Sequence record: PQ382034.1
From: Acinetobacter phage vB_AbaSI_3
Strand: one strand, 5' to 3'
Length of the DNA: 64,000 nt
The translations under genes were made by a program, and so were the position numbers. The notes under the pieces are model-generated. The model did not search any database and was not told the origin of the DNA. It was given only the letters and a program-made list of their open reading frames with translations. Below are positions 58,343 to 64,000 of the stretch, piece after piece (within the stretch, counting starts at the first letter, position 1; each line of letters opens with the position of its first letter).

Positions 58343-61300
58343 ATGGCATTAGACTCAAATATCAGTAGAATTAAATTTATGAGATCTAAGACAGCGGGTG
58401 CAGTGCCAAGCCCTACTCTCTTGGACGAAGGCGAATTGGCCATTAACTTGGTTGATCGTACAATATTTTCAAAAAATGGCGCAAACACGGTTGAACTCGG
58501 TTTTGGTAAAGGCGGAACAGTAGCTGGACCAATTAATGTTACAGGTGGTAATGCTGTAACTGCTGCGCAATTCAATGGTGCCTTAAATGGCAATGCTGCA
58601 ACTGCATCAAGACTTCTTACAGGAAGAAAAATTAATGATGTAGTTTTTGATGGTACTAAAGATATTACCATTGAAGATTCTACTAAATTATACAAATCTG
58701 ATGTGCTAACTTCATCTGGCAGTTCTCGTGTTATTCGTGATGCAGCAACAATTCGTGCAGCGGCTATTGCTAAAGGAGCAGTAGTAATTCATTTACCGAA
58801 AAGGGCAAATTCAGTTAACACAATGATGAAATTGTGCATTCAAGGATTTGATTATGTTGCTGGGCGAGCTACTCAAAGTAACTGGTCTGTAGATATTAGT
58901 GGATATAATTACACCGGTGCAGCTTGGCACTCATACCAGGCAATTTCAACAGGCGGTCCAGCGCCATTCGATACTGTTCGTTGGGGGCAAGCCGACAATC
59001 ACCAGGTTATTATTTTAGGCGAAGCCGGTGCATCACCTTCTTCATGGTCATATTACAATATTAGCATTGAGAAAATTTATTTAACTAATAGTACAGAAGC
59101 ATATGATGACCCTAATGATCCAATTTATATGGCAATTGAAGCCGATATATCTAATTATGTGATAAATGCCACTTTGCCACTTGAAGGCGTTGCAATGGCT
59201 AAACGTTTAGAAATAGGCCGTACATTTACTTTCACTGGTGACGCTAGAGGTTCATTGTCATTTGACGGTACTGCAAACGTTTCTACTGCATTAACAATTA
59301 ATTCTGCAACTACAGGCCAAGCCGGTTTAGTTAAATTAAACAATACATTAACTTCTACATCTGTCACAGAAGCGTTAACTGCTAATATGGGTAAAATATT
59401 AGGTGATGCAGTTAATACAAAAGTTGATAAGATCAATCCAACTTCTTCTGGCACATTAACACATACCGGCGAAGCTAGTACATCTGGTCTATTAAATGCG
59501 GCAGGTGGTATTAGTACATCTAGCTTAGCAATTTCTACTGGTACTATTTCAAAAACTGATGGTACTGGTTACTTATCATTTTTACAAGGTAGTGCAGCTT
59601 TAGGTATCAATATTGGTGATTTACTTGTTTCTAATTCATATTCTGATAGATCAAAAATCCCAGTAAATGGTGCATATCTTAAAGGTGGGTTGGACTCAGA
59701 TAACGTTATCCGTGGCGCAACTGGTACTGCTTATAGTTCATTAACTGCAATTGGTGTAGGTACATCAATTCCATTTAAATTAAAAGACACCAATATTGGT
59801 ACATCTTACGGATTTGTTCCTGGCTTTGGCATGAACGTCCAAACATCTGGAGGTTATCGTCAAGTAGTTTCAATTGGTGCATATCGCCCTGGTAGTAACT
59901 GGACAGATTCTGGAGTTTATATTGCTACGGGTGCAACCAATGATGGTTATTCATCTGAAGCATTTTTGTTAAAATCTGGTCGTACTATTTCTAATACAGC
60001 TGGGCCAATTAACTTAATTGGTAATGCTGATACTGCATCTAATATTGATGCATCATCTGGTTCACTAGTTGGTGATTCGTCTGCGGGTTGGCGTAAACTT
60101 GGTCGAGCAACTGTCCCGCAAAACGGACGTGCAATGATGCTTCAAATTTTTGGCGGTACTGGTTTTAATGCTGGTGTGCCAACGCAAGCAATGTGTACTG
60201 AAATTGTATTAAAAGGCGGTAACAGTGGACCATCCAGCATTAATATGGTTGTACATGTACCAGACTCAAGCAATATATTGGCCAACTTGGGTAAAGGCGT
60301 TGCAAATGCTTGTTTTGTTCCAGTAACTGGTGATGATTATGATATCTATATCAATTGTGTTGGGTATTTACGAGCAGGTATTGTCGCAATAAAAGGCGCA
60401 TTAACTGATTGGGCCCTTAACTTTGATGTAGCTGGTGTTTCAACTAAACCTACTGGCGCAGTTGACGCAGCAATTTATACCAAAGCATATACAACATCTA
60501 ATGTAGCATCAGCAACCAAATTACAGAATCCAAGAACAATTAACGGTGTTAATTTTGACGGTACAGCTAATATCAAAATTCAACAAGAATCTGTCGCAAT
60601 TCCAGCTAATGCGAACTTGACTGATTATACTAATGAAGGTTTTTATGTATGCGAGGCTAATGCAACAGCAGTTACAATAAAAGGTACACCGTTCAATCCA
60701 TCTGGAACTTCATCTTCTGCATTGGCATTCAGTTTACTTGTTGAAAAATCTGCTGGTGTTAAACAAACTTACACGTCATATGCATCAGGCGCTACACGTA
60801 CATGGGTTCGAGGAATTTATCAAGGATCACCATCTGCATGGCGTGAAGTAGCTTTTTGTAATTCTCCAACATTTGTAGATACTGCTACGTTTAATGGTCC
60901 GATTGTTGCATCAAGCACGTTAAACGTAACTGGTACCGCAGGATTCAATAGCGTATCTGTGAATAATTTGTCAGCATCTACAACAATTAGTGCTGGAACT
61001 AGTCTTGGAATTGCTAACACAGTTGCAACTACCAAATATGGTCTAAGTCTTTATGGCGGGGCATCTGCAGGTAAACCAAGTTATGGGGTATTGTTTACTG
61101 GCACCTCAAATAGCGACACTGGTAAGCACGGTGATATTAACGGCCAATGGAGTGTTTACTTTACTTGTGCAACATCGGGTTCAGAAAAACGAGGTTGGGT
61201 ATTCCAGCGTTCATCTGGTGGAACTGGTGTTCAAAACGTAGCATCTATTTCAACTGACGGTAACATGGTTATCGATGGTAATTTTGATACTGCTTCTGAT

Positions 61301-62626
61301 AACACAATGATTCGTGTTGGTAACAATAACGATCTTGCTATGATTAAAAAAGCGGGCTCGGGTGCATTTATTGCAGTTGGGACTAATACTGCATTCAGAG
61401 TGTTAAAATCTCCAATTGCAACTGTTGACCCGACACAATCTTATGTTAATTTGATGACAGTAACAACATCAGGAGATTTAGATTTAGCTGGCAATAATAT
61501 TCTTATTGGTTCAGGTACTAATAACAATACATATCAAACTATTCAGTTTGGTAATTATACTAAATCATCATCTGGCGGCGGATTCTCCGTTTTACAAACA
61601 GCTCCTGTGGGCGGTTCACAAGGTCGAGTTTTGCAATTAGCGAACTATACCCAAGCTGGTACTATTGATAGTGCATTACACGTAAATAATTCTGGAACTT
61701 ATCAAACAATAGGAACAGCGACATTAAAATTAGCTACTATTAGTGATAATGTTGCTTCTGCAACTCGTTTGCAAACTGCAAGAACTTTCCAAATTACTGG
61801 TGGCATCACAACAGATGCAGTATCATTTGACGGACAACAAAACGTTACATTGACCGCATCTAATGTCGATGGTTCTAAAGTTACAGGCAAAGTTCCTGCA
61901 GCTGCACAAGCGGATAATGCAACAAATGCCGTGTTATCACAACGTACTACAAGTGTAGATGTTAATGGGCAACCAGGTGCAAGACTTGCTGCTATGTGGT
62001 CTGGTACTACTTGGAATAAAAATTTCACCCGTGATGCGGTCTATTCATCAGCATCTTCAATAACTATTGAGATAGGTGATAGCGGTGATCAAGCAACTGA
62101 TGATAGAATGAATAACATTAAAGTTGGAAGTTTATTGCATCTTATGTTTGCGGTTTCTACGGGAGGTATTTGGTCTGGGCAGTTATCTACAGGAACAATT
62201 ACCGCTGTATCGATAAATAGAAGCACCAAATCTATTATTTTAACAGTTAATATTCCACATAGTATAAGCCCAGGAAATAAAACATCTGCTCGTATTCTTG
62301 GTATAACTTATAACGCTATTGGATGTAAATATGTTGGATGTGTTACATTATTTGCTAAAGGCGATATAGGCGATTCGGAATTCTCTCAACTGTTGCAATT
62401 AGATGCTCCGGTAAATAATGCAGTTATGACAACTAGTGTCTCCGGAGATGTTTCGAGATATCATAATTTATTTCCATATGGGGCCTTTCTTTCACATCGA
62501 AATGGGGTATCTATGTCAGCGACAATGGTTAATAATACTATGGCTAATTTTATCTGTACAGATAATGATAATGACGTACCTGCATCAGTAGGTATGGCAA
62601 ATATACAAATCTGGGATGTCGTATAA
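58343..62626 (+). CDS. 37: Long tail fibre distal subunit gp37 (1427 aa, ~400 aa longer than T4's 1026 aa), with no separate gp38 gene downstream
   Basis: N-terminus [31 protein letters not shown] matches T4 gp37 [32 protein letters not shown]. Confidence 0.85.
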   Translation: [1427 protein letters not shown]

Positions 62627-62640
62627 TTTAAATAATAGAA

Positions 62641-62665
62641 TGGGAGCCTTAAGGCTCCCATTTTT
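62641..62665 (+). terminator. Terminator (tgggagcctt-aaggctccca) + T5 after gp37
   Basis: 10-bp stem hairpin with a T-run. Confidence 0.55.
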
Positions 62666-62885
62666 ATTTCATTACAATTATTTCATTACCAACTATAACT
62701 TTACCGGCTTTTGCTTCTGAATCAAATTCTAATCCGGGCTCAGTTATTTTACAGTGCCTTTGGAATTACAGCTGCTATCGGTCTTGTTGTATTAGTGCTT
62801 CAGCTTATTTTCTTACCAAAACTTTTACCAGAGTCAGCTTCAAATTTAGACAGTTTCATATGATTCTCCTTTAAATCATACTATT

Positions 62886-62893
62886 TATAAATA
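62886..62893 (+). promoter_or_regulatory. Late promoter TATAAATA upstream of holin gene t
   Basis: Exact motif 27 nt before the ATG at 62921. Confidence 0.5.
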
Positions 62894-62920
62894 TCTCTAT
62901 TAAATCATAAATGACTAACT

Positions 62921-63652
62921 ATGAACACTTCAATCAAAGACCAACAACCCTCAGCACAGGCTGAAGATGGCACACTTACACCTGAAAAAAATGGAAATGA
63001 TTCACATCGTAGCTCTCTACCTGTGTTTGATTTTATATTTGGCTTATTGAATATACTATTCAAAGATGGAGCAACAGGAAAACTTCTCGCATCTCGAGTA
63101 GCAGCCCTTTTTGCGGTGTTTATCATGATAATGATTTGGGTTAAAGCTGATGCTATAGGAAAATTATACGTAGAGGCGTCATATGAAAAGTATGCTCAAG
63201 CTATCCAAGCTGAACGCACAAAGAGGTTTAATGCAACTATTCAAGAGCAACTCCAAATAGCGCATGTCGCATCAGGCGCTGACTTCTCTGCGGTATATGT
63301 TTTCAGACCTAAGAACTTAAACTACTTTGTAGACTTAGAGGTTTATGAAGGACGAATCCCGCCTACAGTAGATCCAAAGAACATGGGCGGATATCCAGTC
63401 GATAAAACGTCCAATGAATATATTGCTCATTTAAGTGGGCAATCATTCACTACGGATTCAGAATTCGGTTATCTTCCGACTACAGAAGATGAGAAAGGCG
63501 TAACATTCATGTACAGTTGCCCGTATTTTAATCTCGATAACATTTATTCGGGTTCTGTTGCAATGTATTGGTACGAACGACCTCGAATTGCCCAAAAGCG
63601 ACTTGATTCAATATGTAACCAAGCCGCTAGAGCAATAGGACGTGCTAGATAA
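62921..63652 (+). CDS. t: Holin T
   Basis: LFKDGATGKLLASRVAALFAVFIMIMIW...ERTKRF...EQLQIAHVASGADFSAVYVFRPKNLNYFVD...YEG..P.T...K..GGYPVDKT..EY..HL.G......S.F..LPT....MYSCPYFNLDNIYSG...MYWY...RL.SIC.QAAR..GRA is collinear with T4 holin T. Confidence 0.85.
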   Translation: MNTSIKDQQPSAQAEDGTLTPEKNGNDSHRSSLPVFDFIFGLLNILFKDGATGKLLASRVAALFAVFIMIMIWVKADAIGKLYVEASYEKYAQAIQAERTKRFNATIQEQLQIAHVASGADFSAVYVFRPKNLNYFVDLEVYEGRIPPTVDPKNMGGYPVDKTSNEYIAHLSGQSFTTDSEFGYLPTTEDEKGVTFMYSCPYFNLDNIYSGSVAMYWYERPRIAQKRLDSICNQAARAIGRAR

Positions 63653-63928
63653 TTAAAATTTAGCAGTGTTTGTATACATTGCTAATTTTTTATAAATTGG
63701 AGCATGGCCAATATTAAATTCTGCGATAAGTTGTTCTTTTTGACGATTCGTGATATCTTGTGTCAAATTAAAAAGGTTGCCAGCGGTAACCTTTTTGCCG
63801 TTAATAGTAATGCCAAGCTCATTTAAAAATGCAATGAATAAATTCTTGTCTTCAAGGATGTCATCATGCCCAAATTTGATAAGAATTGATACAACGGCAA
63901 TGATTTCTGCAAGAGTTTCGTATACCAT
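63653..63928 (-). CDS. asiA: Anti-sigma70 factor AsiA
   Basis: ..IIAVVSILIKFGHDDILEDKNLFIAFLNELGIT...AMYTN resembles T4 AsiA (..IITVASILIKFSREDIVENRANFIAFLNEIGVT..EMYTNK). 91 aa vs 90 aa. Confidence 0.8.
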   Translation of the reverse strand: MVYETLAEIIAVVSILIKFGHDDILEDKNLFIAFLNELGITINGKKVTAGNLFNLTQDITNRQKEQLIAEFNIGHAPIYKKLAMYTNTAKF

Positions 63929-63939
63929 GATAGAGTTCC

Positions 63940-64000
63940 TTAAATGTTGAAGAATTTGATGATTGTGTCGATTAGAATTTCAATGTTCTCTAAAGAACGT
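63940..64000 (-). CDS. 3' end of a - strand gene continuing beyond the window (T4 arn position)
   Basis: Open - strand frame ending ..RSLENIEILIDTIIKFFNI* with the stop at 63940-63942. The rest is outside the window. Confidence 0.25.
   Translation of the reverse strand, partial: RSLENIEILIDTIIKFFNI

Noticed and set aside
62690-62870. 54-codon hydrophobic open frame (LYRLLLLNQ...GITAAIGLVVLVLQLIFLPKLLPESASNLDSFI*) between gp37 and t
   Set aside because: No ATG/GTG start with an SD. Kept only as a note within the gp37/t finding, as a possible frameshifted or decayed gene.

Overview
This window is a contiguous 64 kb stretch of a T4-like (Tevenvirinae/Straboviridae-type) myophage genome, AT-rich and almost entirely coding. 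Gene order closely tracks the T4 map: [wac-position fiber fragment]-13-14-15-16-[extra ORF]-17-18-19-20-67-68-21-22-23-[reverse endonuclease]-24-hoc-[hoc paralog]-uvsW-[small ORFs]-25-26-51-27-28-29-48-54-alt-30-[HAD, NADAR, 3 ORFs]-31-cd-nudix-pseT-[4 ORFs]-rnlA-nrdB-nrdA-[2 ORFs]-td-frd-[4 ORFs]-32-59-33-dsbA-rnh-34-35-36-37-t-asiA. The late (structural) genes sit mostly on the + strand and the DNA-metabolism and early genes on the - strand. Compared with T4 the region is compact. No introns or homing endonucleases interrupt td or nrdB. No denA lies between rnlA and nrdB. No rnlB/24.x genes lie between gp24 and hoc. No gp38 lies between gp37 and t. No recognisable uvsY lies next to gp25. T4-type late promoters (TATAAATA) and tetraloop rho-independent terminators (UUCG/GCAA/AUUU loops, several bidirectional) are directly visible. 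The most interesting sequence-level observations are: (i) a 145-aa ORF translationally coupled between the small and large terminase genes; (ii) a 476-aa reverse-strand Vsr/DUF559-like endonuclease between gp23 and gp24; (iii) a gp27 hub protein with a ~135-aa C-terminal CHAP/NlpC-P60-like Cys-His extension; (iv) a Hoc paralog pair sharing a C-terminal capsid-binding-like domain; (v) an ADP-ribose toolkit (Alt ART, NADAR-like glycohydrolase adjacent to a HAD phosphatase, Nudix); (vi) a ~62-bp repeated intergenic element carrying extended -10 promoters plus a conserved direct-repeat leader; (vii) a tandem pair of overlapping 55-aa Cys-rich micro-ORFs behind a late promoter; (viii) a 300-bp hairpin-rich non-coding block where T4 has denA. 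Nothing here is CRISPR, tRNA or rRNA. All identifications rest on my reading of the translated ORFs against remembered T4 protein sequences, not on database searches.
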